Part shown: positions 36,789-51,400 of the stretch, in pieces
Layout of the letters: each line of letters opens with the position of its first letter
Position numbering within the stretch: position 1 is the stretch's first letter
DNA from: Convolutriloba macropyga
Taxonomy: Eukaryota
Direction of reading: 5' to 3'
DNA: 64,000 bases
Assembly (NCBI RefSeq): GCF_964194025.1
Contig: NC_134482.1
Location: 38,874,001-38,938,000, forward strand
Translations under genes and position numbers: made by a program
The notes under the pieces: generated by a model
Told to the model about the DNA's origin: nothing
Databases searched by the model: none
The model's input: the letters and a program-made list of their open reading frames with translations, nothing else

Positions 36789-39700
36789 GATTATAACGAA
36801 TTTTCGAACAAAAAGTGTAACTAAACCATTGACAAATATGAACAGATAAATAAGCTTATTGATTGAACAATATTAAAATTATCAGAGCCGAAAAGTTATA
36901 TCAGGTTAAACCAAACAAGCTTTAGCAGTAATTACATTGAATAGTAGAACTGTCGTGAACTTAAAAGTGATCACAAAACGTCTCAACATTATGCAACTAA
37001 AATAATAGCAAAGTGCGATCTACAAATAATTGAAGAGCAACATTTCGATGGCATTATGTTTATTAATGATATTAAGTTAACTGCCGGAATTAAGATTTGA
37101 TCAACTATTTACTCGGAGTAAACTAGCTATGCTATATTTCCTGTGGTTTTTAGAGGTAGGCAACTATATTTTAATTCAGATACTGCAAAAAAATCGAAGA
37201 TAAAAGGAGTCTAAATGCGATTTCGATGCTGTTTCATGGTTTCAGAGAAGTAACTTCTCTTTATATGGGGGATAATTTTTTTCTGGTAGTTAGTTTTTAT
37301 CGAAATTGACCAGGGAACCGACACTTTTAACTAAGAAAAACCCAAATCATTCGAAAGAATTTTGCCTAATATTCGATAATTTTATGCTTAATATATCTCT
37401 ATTACCAGTATACTTATGTTAGTAATTAGATAAACTTTAAGTTAAACTGCACTGGTGCAATCCGCGTTTTGTCCGGCTGAGTTGCTGCTTCAGAATCTAG
37501 AGAAGCAAAAATAAAAAAATTCAAGGTTTGCAGAAACGCTGACCTAAGAAAAGAAATTGAATTGACCCATGAAAAATCTATGCTCAACGCAGAATGCTCT
37601 TGGAAAATTTTTTGCTCGACGCATGAAAAGACTTCTCCTTGACAATGAGTATGAAACAAAACGGTGTATTTTTTTGAATACAGGCCCTCCCCGATGGAGT
37701 TTGAGTTTTTAAGTCAAACCGTAGATCTGTAAAAATGTTTTCAACGTCAAAACGAAACAATGATAAAAGAAAAAAACATTGAAAGAACGACAAAACCACG
37801 CATTTAAAACTTACAGAAATTTGAGAACTCCTGTTATTGGAGTTGAGAAAATTGCTTTTCCTGACGCTCTCTTTTTGTCATTTCTGAAAAAAAAGAGTGT
37901 GTTCCTTGTCAAATGGTGTTTCGAGTTGACAAAATATCACAATCTTGCTTATAGTTCCGGGATTTTTCTGGAACGAAACATAATATTTGTCCATACTTAT
38001 ATCTACTACGAAGTTCATACTTATTTCTACTACCAAAAATATGTTTGCAAAAATTTTTTCCGGAATATTTGTGTCCACCCGATACCAGTTTGTCCAAATG
38101 GGAACATCTCATAAGAACTAAACATATCGGTCAAGGTAAAAAAATTGCAAATTACCACAAATCTTGCAGATGAAGCCATATTTATAATTTATTTTTCTAG
38201 AAAGGACCTTGTAATATTTGAAACCATCTTACAAGAATGTTGCAATACATTAGAAACATCTTGCAAAAATCCTAGATGTTGAATCCGTTTTTTCATTCCC
38301 TTGTCAATAGGATTTTATTCTCAGAAAAAATCTATTGCACCGTTTTTTGCGCTAATTGGCCAACCACTGTACAATCAGAAATGAGTAGTCATAAAGAATC
38401 CTGATGGTGTTTGTTTTCCGAAAAACCAGAAATTTGATTTTTTTTTTGGTCAAAGACAGTCATTGTTTTCATCAAACGCATTTAAAAAACTGAACTAATA
38501 AAGAGTAAATAAATATACTCATACAAGTTATTCTAAAAATTGCAGGGCAACAGAGATCGCTTGCACGAAGTTTGCTATTTCTTTGTCTTTCTTTTGTTCT
38601 GTTCTTTTTAATCAGGCAGATACTTTGAGACATTGTCCCTTAATTCTTTCACGCACGCCTCCCGGATGTAAAGATGTTTTTGAGACCAGATGACATTCTG
38701 AATCATTTCGATCTTTGTTAGCTACGGACCAAGGATGCATCTAGTAAAAATTTGCTCTTGCCAAAACTTAGAGAACTCTTTTTCACTAGTTAAAAAATAT
38801 ACTGTTGCTCGTCATCAACCTTCACAAACACTGTCTCTTCAGTGCAGCGCCTTGCACGTCAACTTTTTCGGATTACTTTTTATTAAACGTTTTTTTCTGT
38901 TGATTTTTTAATAAGTATTTGTCATTTTGAGCAGTTTGCAAAAAAATCACTTTTGGAAACTATGGATATCTATTAAACCATCTTGTAGAGCTTACATGTC
39001 ATTATGTCAATATATTGGATAAAAATCTACTTTAAACAGCGCAACGTTTCTTTTTCATCCTCCATTGTCAAAGTTGAAAAACTGACTTCCAATCTAGTTA
39101 AATAAAATATGTTTTCTCCAGATGGTACAGAGAACTGTTTTTTTAATACTAAAGACTATTGAAATCAGTTTCCTCGAAAAACCCTGTTGTGCGAATTCGT
39201 TTTGATTCTCTTAAGAATCAATTAATATGTTCTGAAAAACATGAAAACCGAACGTTCGTTCCCTTCAATTCAACTTGCTCTGAAATTTTATGCGTTATTA
39301 TTTCATTTTGGAAAAAAATACGCCATAAAAATGCTGACGTGAGCTCATGATTTTTCTTCATTTAGGAAAGAGTCGTATGTGTATATTAATTTTTCTAACA
39401 ATACTGAGCGTAGTTTCTCTTGTATATGTTTTCATCAAACGAAGAGCTCCTATTCTGAACCCAATTCCTTAGAATGAAAACCAAATTATTTTTCAATACC
39501 AGTTTTTTCGGCTGACCTTTTAAAGATTATGTTTATCTCATGCTTTGGCTTTTTGAGCAGCTGGCAGCGGTTTATAGGAAACAATTAGATTTTATTTACC
39601 TTTATAACCACTGATATTTTTATTTTCGTTTTCAGTGACATAATTGAAATCGAAGCGTTTTCCTTTTTTGTTGCCATCCTGCTCTGATCTCGTTGACCAA

Positions 39701-40347
39701 AAAGACATAGTTAAAGTTTAAAACAAGCACTTCTTTTGAATTTTTCCTTTTGCCTCCAGTGTACGTAACGAGTGGCTTTAAGACTCCAGTTGTTGTGGAA
39801 ATGCCTATAAACAGAATGAAATATGGTTCTAGGGCAATAGATAGAAACTGAGAACTAGGAATCAAATTAAATTTATTCAAATTATTGTCTTGGCTAGACT
39901 TCTTCATCAAAAATGTGATCGTTTTTTCCTTCAACTTATTTGTAAGTTGCAGATTGACAGCTTCAAAAGCATTTTTGTATAATTCTTTGGTAATTCGCTA
40001 ATTTTTTTCAATTGATCCAACAAAAAAGTTAAAGTATGAAGTTTACCGGCCTTTTCGTGGTCTGTTTTCTTACCTCTCATTTGAAAGAAATTTGTATTAG
40101 ATAAACTTCGGAAGTCTTTAATGAATAAAAAACAATATTTGTTTCTTGTACAATGATTTATAAAAAGAACTAACTAATTACAATAACTCAAACAGTCCAG
40201 CAAAGATATATTTCAGTTTGTGCAGAAAAAGTTCCAGATATTTTTTATAAATTCTTTTGCAGTCTTCGAAACTTTTGTCCAAGTTTTTCTTCTTCTGTGA
40301 ATATCTATAAGTCACACTAATCATTTTTGCAGCCGACTGTCAGGTTT

Positions 40348-40568
40348 TCACTGAATGACATTTCTGCACGCTAGACCTCCATCTTGTAAAACTGAAGAAC
40401 CGCTTAAGAAATTCGCTTCATCGGATGCTAAGAATACAACCAAATTAGCCACATCTTTCCCAGATCCGTTTCTGCCCAGTGGAGTTTGTTTCCTAAGATT
40501 ATCCCAGTACGGTTCCAAGAATTCCTTGGGAACACCAATGCTCTGCGCGAAATTTGTCTCAATTATCC
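40348..40568 (-). CDS. SDR paralog C, exon 3; whole gene 44532-40348
   Basis: taaag|GG ATA ATT GAG: (G)IIETNF...TPLGR...FLASDEANFLSG...DGG...stop; 221 nt. Confidence 0.9.
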
Positions 40569-41128
40569 CTTTAAATGGTTCAGAACAGGTAAGCAATCAT
40601 TGAATTGTACAGTGTAGGATTTTTATTTAATTTCCTCCCCATGAGAAAGAACGTTCGCATAATTTGAGTTGCGCTGTCAATTATAGTTGGCAACAAAAAT
40701 GAGGCACGTAATCTTAATAAGGTGAAAATTAATTGTCAAGTTTGTTTGTTTAATTGTTAACATTGTTTTACGAAGAAGAAGACATACTGACAACTTTTAT
40801 AACGCGTAAAAGAATTTAGAATTGACAAGCATTTCAAAAATTGGCTAAAAATACCCAATTTTGTTGTAAAAAGTGGAGGCAAGTTATGGTCATCTCAACT
40901 CCTCAACTCGAGGTCCTCGTTCAAAATTGCTTCTATTAGGTCTTTCAAAAACGCACGGAAGAGAGGCGAGGTGCGTGGAAAATTCCATGGAAAATGATCA
41001 ACTGCTAAGTGACCAGATGTTTGTCTAAATCTGATTTTCAGCGAGCCGCATATGATTTTAAGTAAACCTGAAGACGGTCGGTTTTGAAAACCTTATTGAA
41101 TATTCAATGATTGCATGTCAAAACTTCC

Positions 41129-41497
41129 CAGGGCTGATACTATTCGCCCGAATCCCATTTTTGCCCTCCTCAACAGCAATGCACCGCGTGAACATATCGA
41201 GAGCCGCCTTGCTCATAGAATAAAACGAGTGATTCGGCACCGGGTGGGTAGCGAGAATTGAGGAATTGTTCACAATATTTCCTTTGGTTAGTCTCAAATA
41301 GGGTATACAGAGTTTGGTTAACTTGACCGCCACTTTGAGGTTGATGTCAAAAACAGGTTCGTAAGAATCCATTGATGGGTCGCAAAGTGGTACGCCTACT
41401 GACATCCCAGCATTGTTGAATAAAATATCAATTTGACCAAAATTTTCGATAGTCTCTTTCACTAACTTTTCACACACGCCGTCGGTTCGTAGATCAC
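41129..41497 (-). CDS. SDR paralog C, exon 2
   Basis: ggtttag|GT GAT CTA: DLRTDG...NNAG...NNSS...YSMSK...SISP(G); 369 nt; followed by the GG donor GGAAGT. Confidence 0.92.
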
Positions 41498-44333
41498 CTA
41501 AACCGAAATAAAGTTTTATATCCGAAGATAGGTTTTTTCTTAGGATTTTGATTTGGTCACGAATTGTATTTTTATACAAAAATCAAATCTGATTCGAATG
41601 AAGCAAAGATGGTCAAAGATGGCCTCAAACGAGGTCATAGATATTGTGCAATTTTTTGACCGGGGATCCTTCTGAACTATGTAAAGCAATCTGTTGAAAT
41701 CAGTTGAAAATTGGGCTCCATTTCTGTTTTTTTTTTCAATTGTCAGCTTAATGCGCTGAATAGCAATGATAAACTATGGTATCAAAAAACTAGGTACATC
41801 TAGAAAATTTTTCAAAAGCTTCACAAACTTTAAAAAAAAATACAATGTTTTGGATTCAGATCATCAATCTAGTAAGGAGTCATTAGGTTTCAGCTTTTTC
41901 TGAAAATTTTTCTAAAAACTGCGTGTCTCTGTGTAACTGTTGCTCCAAACTTGTTCATAATTTTTCAGATTCTGATCGGGACTATTTATTGACAATTCTT
42001 GTACCTCCAGCACCTTTTTTTGAACATGTTTGGCTTGGATCGTCGAAATGCAGAGCAGCCTCATTTTGAAAAAGAAGTCTTAAAGGTGCATTTTTTGTAA
42101 TTTTTTGTCTTTAAGCGAAAAAGAAGACTTAATTTTTTGCGAAAAAGAAGACTTAAAGGTGCATTTTCTGTGTTTGAAAGTCTGCCAAACAGTTTCCGCC
42201 CCTCTGATTGAATTGCACCCAAAAGTATAGATGATTGCTTGTCCGAACTAGATTTTGTTGTCTGGCCTGTTACTTTTTTGTTATCCTTTGTATGCTTGCT
42301 GTGTACAAGATCTTGATTCTGAGCTGCGCTGCTTTTGTTAGTTCAGCGCCGACGACAGTAAAACAACCACGTTTTCTGTTAAAAACCGAGAAAAAGAGAA
42401 TGAAATCCAGGTTAAAATTTCAACATTTCACGCCTTTTTTTCATGCCTAAGCGCAGATTAAAATTTTCGAGCAAAAGTTACGCTTGAAGAACCAAACTTG
42501 TACGTTGCTTTTTAATACTGAACTGAATTTTGAAAGAAAAGGTCTCTGAAATTACGTTTTCAGCGCTTTCAATTCTTTTCTCACGTTGGGTTCAATCCTT
42601 TTTTTAGCCCTTTTCAAGCTGATTTTTTAGCCTGTTTTCACGACACACGCTAGAAAACGTGAATCTGTTTTCATTATCCCTTTTGATATCGTTTCAAAGG
42701 AAAAGGACTGATATGCGCAAACAGATGATGCAGTAAAAAATTGTAAGGAATTGTAATCATTACTCTATTGCGCAATGAGCAAAATTATTTTTACATTTTG
42801 TCTTGTTTGCGAATTTTCTGCAAAATTTTAATTAAGAGATGTTTATGAGCTGAATTTATTGTAAAGCAATATAACGCTGATCATTTGCATATTTTGGTTT
42901 TTAAAGCTCGTGTCTGGCAGTAATTGGAACTTTTTAAGAGCGCAATCTGATATTTAATTCATCAGATTTTCAGAGAAAGTGTAACATAGTTTTGATTACG
43001 TGAGCAAAAAACAGCTCTTCACTAGTAAAAGGACTTCAAAAATGGCAAATAAAGACTTCAAAAGGAATTCAAATGCTGTTGACTTTCTAGCTAGGACAAT
43101 TGTCGGAAATAAAGTCCATTGTTCAATTTTGCTCAGCAAAGAAGTAAAAACGCTAACTGTGGTTATTCTTAGACAATATTCTTGTCTTCTCCAAAACCAA
43201 TTTTTTTCAATTATGTATTAATCTGGTTATATTCCGTCTTTTTGTTGATACCTAAAAAATACATAGGCTTCCATTTCTTTTAGTTTTAGTCAATCGTATG
43301 AGTAACAGAATTCAGCATTTTTTCTTCCTTCTTTAAGGAAAATAACACCAAAGAAATTTTTACGCTTCATATAACTATGATTTTATTTTTGTTTCAGCAT
43401 GCGAATGCTGTTTCTCCTTTGTGTTACTATTTGTTATATTATGGCAAGTAAATAAAATTTTGTACACTCGTTATAATTAACATTTTTCGTCGCATAATGT
43501 ATGTTGCTCTTTCCTTAGCATCTTAAAAGAATTCTTTTTTAAAATAAAAAATAGTAACAAATACATACAAAGCATTTTTGCTGTTTATCAATCCGCAGCA
43601 TTTCGGAAAACTAATTGGGTTTTGCTTGCTTAAAACTCCGGAAAATTGAATATATCATTTTTTTCTTAAAGTTTCATTGACATCAATTCACTCTTTTACT
43701 TAATTCTCTTTTAAAGCGCCTGTTAGTAAAGTCACATATTTTAACGGTTTCATATAAAGAAGATTTAATCAGACTGCGGATTTCTAAGAATTTTTTTTCT
43801 TCTTCTAAGGGATAATGTTTCAAATATGTAATTATCTTTTCAATTCCTTGCATTGAATCATTTGGTTCTCAGCAAACATTTTTTTGTAAGTCTTGTAGAA
43901 AACTTTTTTTGTCAAATATTTAATATTGAGTGTTTTAATTTGTCTTTCTATGCTCCAACGGTTACCCGTAGATGAAATAGGATCATAACTGTTAATTTTC
44001 AGTGGTTTATTTTTCAGCGGATAGCGTAGATAACGTTAAGGTTAAAGTGCAGAGTTTGCAACAAAACTTGGTATTGACTAGTTCAGATCGTGCCTTCAAA
44101 TTGTGATTTTTTTTCAAAATCAACAAATAAAAAGCTAAATTCTCTACTAGGCTACTACTTAAAGGTTCGTGCGTTGAAAAGTTTTTAAAACCTAAATGTC
44201 TCAATTTTTTAAAGCGTTTTACCAATGCTTCTGAGGTATGGAATTTTGATCCCTTCAGTCTTTGGCTTTGCTCAAATAAAAAAGAACGTTTGGTTACAAA
44301 GTCAAAAGTCAAAAAATTTTACGTTTATCAAAC

Positions 44334-44532
44334 CTTGTACCAGCAACACGTCAGCATCTTTGTTAACTGCTAGGCAGTCCTGTTTTGTTTTCTCCAACCC
44401 TTCAGCATTGCGGCCATTGAGAGATAAATTTGTGATTCCCTTTTCCACAAACTTCACAGCCGTCTCTTGTCCTATTCCAGAACTAGCTCCGGTTATAAGG
44501 ACAACTTTCTCGTTCGAGAATAAGTTCATCAT
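44334..44532 (-). CDS. SDR paralog C, exon 1
   Basis: MMNLFSNEKVVLITGASSGIG...LLVQ G|GTTTGA. Confidence 0.9.
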
Positions 44533-47169
44533 TTTGCTTCGTAGAAGGAATGAAGGGTGATCAAAAGATAAAACTATATGGATAGATCGACCCTTTAAGA
44601 AATTTTACAATTGAATTAGAGTAAAATGATTCAATTGATTCGGTTTGTTCGACTGATTTTGTTGTAGAATTATTTTTACGTATATAAAGCAATAAATAGT
44701 TCTTACACACAGATTTAATTACAAAAGGTCTTGGTAGTTCAACAAAACGCAATGCTGCTTGTTCAAAAAGAGAGTTTAAACGAGTTTAACTTACGCGGTA
44801 CGCCTCCAGATAAACTAATAAGAATTTACGTATACTAAAAATGGTAAAAGTAACAAATTTTGATCTCATCTTCGAATGAAAGTGGTGCGAAAATATCAGC
44901 AATTAGATGTGTTCGCATATTTTTGGTACAAAGACGTAGAATTATTTAGAAGTTTTCTGTTTCAAATAAGCAAATGAAAAAAAAAGATAACGTTTCACTT
45001 TTTTATTATCTTTAAACATTCTGAGTAAGGAGTTTTTCAGAAAAAGAAAAAACGACTATGATTAAATTATCTGCTGAAACACATTGGTCTTTGTTTTGAA
45101 TTTCCTCAAAGAATAAAAGAATTTTACTACCTTTTTTAGTTAAAACATTTCAAAAAATTTAATTTAAGCATTAATTATCAAAAATGTTATCCGTTTTCCA
45201 AATTTTTTACCGCTTTTTTCATAGACAACGGCAAGTTTGATTTAAAAAATATCTTTATTGAACGTGGTGTGAAGATTTATAGTGTTTTCATTTTAATTTG
45301 TTGTTTTGTTTTTTATTTCATTTTGTAGTAAATATTTATAACTGCAATGAAAACGAAAATAAATTATTCTTTTTGCTAGCAAAGCTCGTCGCAATTGTCG
45401 TCTGCTCTAATGTCATTCGCTATTACTCATCCTATTTATGACATTCTTTGGGGAGCAGATCATGTGTGACAAAGCAAAAGTTCATGCTTAGATTGCTATT
45501 AAAATGATTCAATAAATTATTTTAGGAAGTAGAAGAGAGCATTTTGTTAGAAAAAAGCATGAAATGGTTTTTGAAAAAACCACCAATTTGATACGATGAA
45601 AAATAATGGGTCAAGTGCGCTTCACGACATGTGTGACAGGAGAAAAAAATTGGAAAACAATAGTTATCTCAATATGCTGATTATATCGAGTTGCTTTTGT
45701 GGGTTTTTTCGCGTATTTTTGCAGGACAACCGAAAATCAGTGTTGATTGACTCTTTGGCTTTAAGTTTTTTTCTATTTTTCATTTATTGTCATTACCACA
45801 CTTTATGGCCTCTGGAAAATTCAAAATTTTCCCTTTTTGTGTTGTACGGTAGTTTTGGACATTTTATAATTCAACAGGAATGGTGTGGTTTGTAATAATT
45901 AACAAAAATAACCATCACGCCTAAATTGTTTCAATTGGAATGCCTCTCACTTTTATTCTTTTTAAATAAGTTAGAAGAATATGAAATGTTGAATTTTAGA
46001 CATATCTAACCCACTAACAATCTAATCATGAAAGGAGCTCTTTTGGTGAAAATTAGTTTTTGTAAGCTCTCAGTCAGGCAACACATGCAAATTTGAAACC
46101 GATTTCCAAATATTCTCGAAAGATTTTCTGATGATTTCAACTAAGCTAGATATCAGGTCTTTAGCTGTCAATTAAACATAATTGACACGAAGTATATAAA
46201 CAAAAAAAAATAAATCATGTTTTTTCATCACTTCTGCGCGTGTAAATTGCTACCCAATCTTCGCAAAAACTTCAAAGTCTAAATCCTGGCCTTCGCCAGC
46301 TGAAACTTACAAATCGAAATGCCAGTCTTGAATAAGTTTCCAAAACATTGAGGTCGGGAGAACATGGATGCCATCACTGATTGACAACCTCCTAATGGGT
46401 TCACACAGATTGATGTGTTCAACTTTTTAAATCTATAATTCAAAAGATTTTAAAAATTTGTTTTCTAATGGGCTAAAATTTATCTCTCGAGTAGCTAGAT
46501 CATCTGAAAACACCTCAAAAATATGATTGATATCATTGGGTGAAAGTAAGCGAAATGTATTATTTGGTATCAGTTTTCAAGCCCAGAAGTGACATCAAGC
46601 CAAAAAAAAACAGAAAGAAATTTAATTTGTCCATTTTGATTTAAGAAATTAACTTTTGTAAGTTTTAACAAAGTCTTACCCATGACTAGGCAGACTAGCA
46701 ACATTTGTCTTCAGATTTTTCCAATACTGAAAAGGAAAAATTTGCTTTTAGAGCGGTCTAATATTAATATAGGTTTAGCTTAAGGTTTTGTGGTTATTTT
46801 TCGGAATTCGCTTTATCCAAAATTAACGTTTGAAACGAGATGACAAAGTTATATCAAAAACTTTATAAGTAAACAGGTTTTTCCTTTCATTTCAATTTCT
46901 GTTTTCCGTCGTCATTCAAAAATTCATTTTTTACAATTAGAAAAGTTTTTCTGCTGGCTTGATTTCAATTCGCCACCTTTTTCGAATCCTAATGCAGAGT
47001 TAAAATGTTGATATCTGCCGAATTGATTTAACGATGTTTTTAGTATTTTATAATTTCATATAGTTAAAAAAAGTGAAAACGTAGTGAGTCTTGCCTCAAT
47101 TGGGTGAAATAAAATTCCGTTTTTCACATAGGTTATATCAGTCACCTTGCCTCCCCTCCCACCTACACA

Positions 47170-47193
47170 ACAACATACACATACACACATACG

Positions 47194-47262
<69 letters not shown>
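47170..47262. repeat. Compound (CA)n(TA)n microsatellite
   Basis: Direct read. Confidence 0.95.
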
Positions 47263-48121
47263 ATACACTCGCACTCACGTGCACACACAGGTTTCCCGTT
47301 CACAATTTCGTCAATATCGTACCTGTCTTGGATCGGATCTTAAATCTCCATCCACTGGCGGGAATATAAACATGCTCGCATGCTGAAAATCGTGGAAAAT
47401 CGTGACATAAGTTTTGGAAAAAGTTTACAAAAATTATTTTTCCACAATTTCTGAGGGGGTTTTTCACTTTCTGCAAAAGCCACAAATCGTGAACAACCGT
47501 GACGAAACATTGTCATATTTTTCCACGACTTTGCCAAATGGGCTCAACAAGGTTATTTGAACGTTTTGCTGCATAATGCAAGTTAAGCCATTGTTTGAAA
47601 AAAAAACATATTTGTCAATGAAGAAGATGACATCTAAATAGTCAAGAAATGTTTCCCAGTCTCTGCAAGACATACTGACTATTAATTTTTCTTAAAAAAT
47701 GGCTCCTTGAGCATCATTTTCAATTTACTTCAGAAGAAAATCGATAGATGCCATTTTGAAGTTCTCAAATCTCTAAAATCTTTTAAGTATTTTGAACTGC
47801 TGATTGTACTCACTTTTGAAAAAAAAAACATCCCATTTCTCTCGCTATTTGTTTGACAAATTTCTTCGAAGAATTTCCTTCTCAATCAGTGTGAATTAAT
47901 TAGTTTTTAGTCAAATGAACACCAGCAAAGGCTATATATTGTTCCATTAGGAATAAAATCACTGCATCTATAAACCACTCAACACAATCGAGAACACGTT
48001 AGAATATATCAAATAATATAAAAGTAGTTAGGCCAAAAAACTTCTAGTCTTACTTCACCGCAGTAAACGAAATTGGGATGTAAATGCTTTGTTTTCATTG
48101 CCAATTGTGAGTAACAAATAG

Positions 48122-48127
48122 TTTATT
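48122..48127 (-). promoter_or_regulatory. Candidate polyadenylation signal AATAAA for SDR-D
   Basis: About 120 nt downstream of the stop at 48245; AT-rich background makes a chance match possible. Confidence 0.35.
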
Positions 48128-48244
48128 CAAACATAGTAATGAAAACAAGATTTTGTTCACAGGGGGGAGGGGGGAGGGGGAGGATACAGTTCCATTACCA
48201 GTCAGGTTCTATTTTGCGAAACTTTTCAATCAATCAACAAGTTT

Positions 48245-48465
48245 TCACTGAAGGAAATTTCTGCATGCAAGTCCGCCATCCAACAAAACCAAACTTCCGT
48301 TCAGGAATTCCGCCTCGTCCGATGCGATGAAAGCGACCAACTTAGCCACATCTTGACAGGTTGCGATTCTTCCAAGGGGGGTGTCCTTACCAACTTTATC
48401 ACAGTACCATTCCATGAGTTCTTTGGATAGTCCGTGTTTCTCGCCAAATGGTGTGTGGACCAATC
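48245..48465 (-). CDS. SDR paralog D, last exon (exon 4); whole gene 62641-48245
   Basis: acgcag|GA TTG GTC: (G)LVHTPFG...TPLGRIA...FIASDEAEFLNG...DGG...stop; 221 nt. Confidence 0.9.
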
Positions 48466-51400
48466 CTGCGTTGTTTTCAGAATTCAATTCGAACCTTTTC
48501 TTTAGAAGTTTACGGATGGAAATGTTTTTTTTAATCAGGCTGAAGATAATTAGAAGAAGCAAACTAGCTTTTGATGTTGTCCTGGATATAACGATAAGTT
48601 AATTTTAGTCTAATTGCATGTCTGATCAGTACTGACTAAGTACAAATATCAGCAGTACTGATTAATGATCAAAATGGGACACGTTTAAAGATTTTTTACA
48701 AAAAAAAAATTGGAATTCACTCCCGAAATTTTTGCTTAAATTATTTTTGAGAAGTCCAACTGACTTGATAGCCGAGTTCCTGAGACGACCATCATAAAGT
48801 TTTTTTTTAAAAAACTGTACGTATAAAAAGCATTGACAACGTCTCGGGAAAATGACTTCTTTAAAATTAATCATCCATTTGTATCTGTTTGTAAGTAAAA
48901 TCATGATAAACAGAAGTAGTTATATTAATCGGTTTCTGCGCTTTTTTTGGTCACCCATTTTTTTTCCGCACAATTCAAAATAGTATTTGCAGTATGCATG
49001 GTATTTGCAGTTGTGCTGTTTGTATGGTCTTGACAGCTAGCTCAGATCACTTAACAACTTGATCAATTAGTGAATTAATAAACAAATTTTAAATTACTTC
49101 TGAATCAAATAAGCTTCACTTCGTGTTAAATATTTTTCAAACAAACTTTTTCAGAATTTCAAAGTTTTAAATTGCTCTGGTCCGTTCAATAAAAACCAAA
49201 TCAGATAAATGAGCAAATTTCATGATAAACAACTAGTAGTTTTGTTTATAAGGCGAAGAAGTAGATGTGTTTAAAGATAGGAACGCAAACAGCAGTTTTA
49301 TCCATTTACAAGAAAATATGTATCTAAAATATTTCAATTTTTTAATCAAGCTACGCAGGCAGCGTTTCAGAAAACAGTTTTGTTTATGGCCCTAGGAACC
49401 GTGCAAAATTTGAAGTGAAGTTTTGTGGTATTAAAATAGTCTGTGTGGTTGACTTTTTGAACTCAAGGAGACCTGATTCATATATGACAAATATGAAAAA
49501 TTGTACCTCATGTTTCTGTGTTTTTAGTTGCCCATCTTTTTCAGCATTCTCGTTCACATGCTTTTGCTCACACATTTGCCTATTTAGAATAATTCAGTTT
49601 ATTTTTAGTTTTGAGAACACTTACATTCCAAAACAAAATATAATTTTTTATTTTTTCAAGAATTAAAATATTGGTTTTTACTAATTCATTATTAAATAGA
49701 GGCAAAAAATTTGGTATTGAGTTTTGTATAAAAAATTAAACGTTATGTTAGATTTAGGAGATTTCATTCAATAAAGTTAAAAGTTAAATATTAAAATGTC
49801 GAGTAAAATTTAAAATTCATCCTTGAGGACCCTAGTTTTTAACTTGAACCCTTGTTCGCGGAGGGTTATTTGTTCAACATGGCATGACTTCAATTTTGGA
49901 AAACTGAAATGAACGTACTGTTGTTAAGTAAACGTTTAAAAACGTATAGTTCTAACGCGTTCTTTTCTTTGAAATTTGCGACAAAATTTGAATTTACTTA
50001 ACTTTTCTGTTGGGTTTCAAAATAGGTAATATATAAAAATTTACACGGCGGGATTAATATCAGCTGTTTCATTGTTGACCTGGTTCAAACGCATGGATAC
50101 TTTTTGGTAGTCTCCATATCTTCTTAGAAACCTCCTTTGCAAGTTTTTCTTTTTGAACAGTACGACGACTATTTAATTTCATAAATCTACAGAAAATACA
50201 TTTCCAGAAAAAAATCTATTCCTCTTTTCTTGAGGGTTAGTTATAAATGTAGTAGACGAAATTGACAACAATTCGGCAAAACCTCTGGAAATCAACGGAG
50301 TCTCCTGATTTGTGAATGAGCGCAAACGGAAAAATTCTAAGGGGTTGACTCAACGCGAGAAGTCCTCGTTCGCATTAAAATTTTTACAGCAGAAGCAGAA
50401 AAACCCGACTGTCAAACTCCGAAAAAACTACCGTCTGAAATAAAAGACTGGGTATTTGGTATGTATTGTTGTCCAAGTAATGGAAAATAATATCCACCAT
50501 AAAGATTTTAAAAAGCGGATTATTCAAGCTAACATTTGAATTCAAATTTGCTTTCATTAATGCGCAAAAAGGGGTCAAACAAATCTGAAAGCGCAACCGA
50601 GATCCGTGGTCCTCTAATTTTTTGTTGACAGGTTGCGTCAAAGTTATTCAATCAAATTTCAGTTTTTTGTAGTCGTAGAGTAAACTCTGCTGACAGATTA
50701 CAAAAAAGCAGAATGACATTACATAGTAAAAGCTGTGGGATAAAATTCACTGAGCAGTGAGATCGTACAATTCTTAAAGATTAGGGATAAGATGATTGAA
50801 TCACTACGAAGTCCAAAACCAAAACGGTTCATCACCGCAAAATTTAAAAAGTTCAAGTTTCAATTTTATTTAAATTTGTCCGTGTTTTTTAAAGCTTTTA
50901 CGCACAAAAACTGAGTTCACGATATTTGGTAAGAGCAACAGAAAAAACCTCAATGAACAGATAAATATACTTTCCCTTTTCATAGACAACAAGCTTGAAG
51001 TAAAATTTTGAGGGGCTCGCATTGACAGCAATTTGAGGACGTGTCAGGGAAAGTTAATCATGCCCTACAAAATAGCCCATAGAATACAAACAATTTAAGC
51101 TATTAAAAAATCTATTCCACAGAAACTATTGAGACTCGTCTAAAACGCCCTGTTATTAGGTCTTTTCCACAACTCAGCAGTTATCATTGACGCATTTGAA
51201 TAAATTTACATCCTTATTGGATCCTTGGAAAAACCGTTAAACTGAGAATTACTGGCAGCATAGACTTAAAATTGAACTTAATAAAGACACAAATGCAGTC
51301 GGAAAATGCTCCACGTAAAACTTCTTTGGAAACAAAATATTAGATTAAGTTCAGAATTCAAAAATGCTTACGATCTGCTTGTACACCGTCATCTGAAGGT

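Noticed and set aside
41064-41095. Hammerhead-like CCTGAAGACGGTCGGTTTTGAAAACC
   Set aside because: Stem II is not closed by a proper CGAAA and no stem I/III partners were found.
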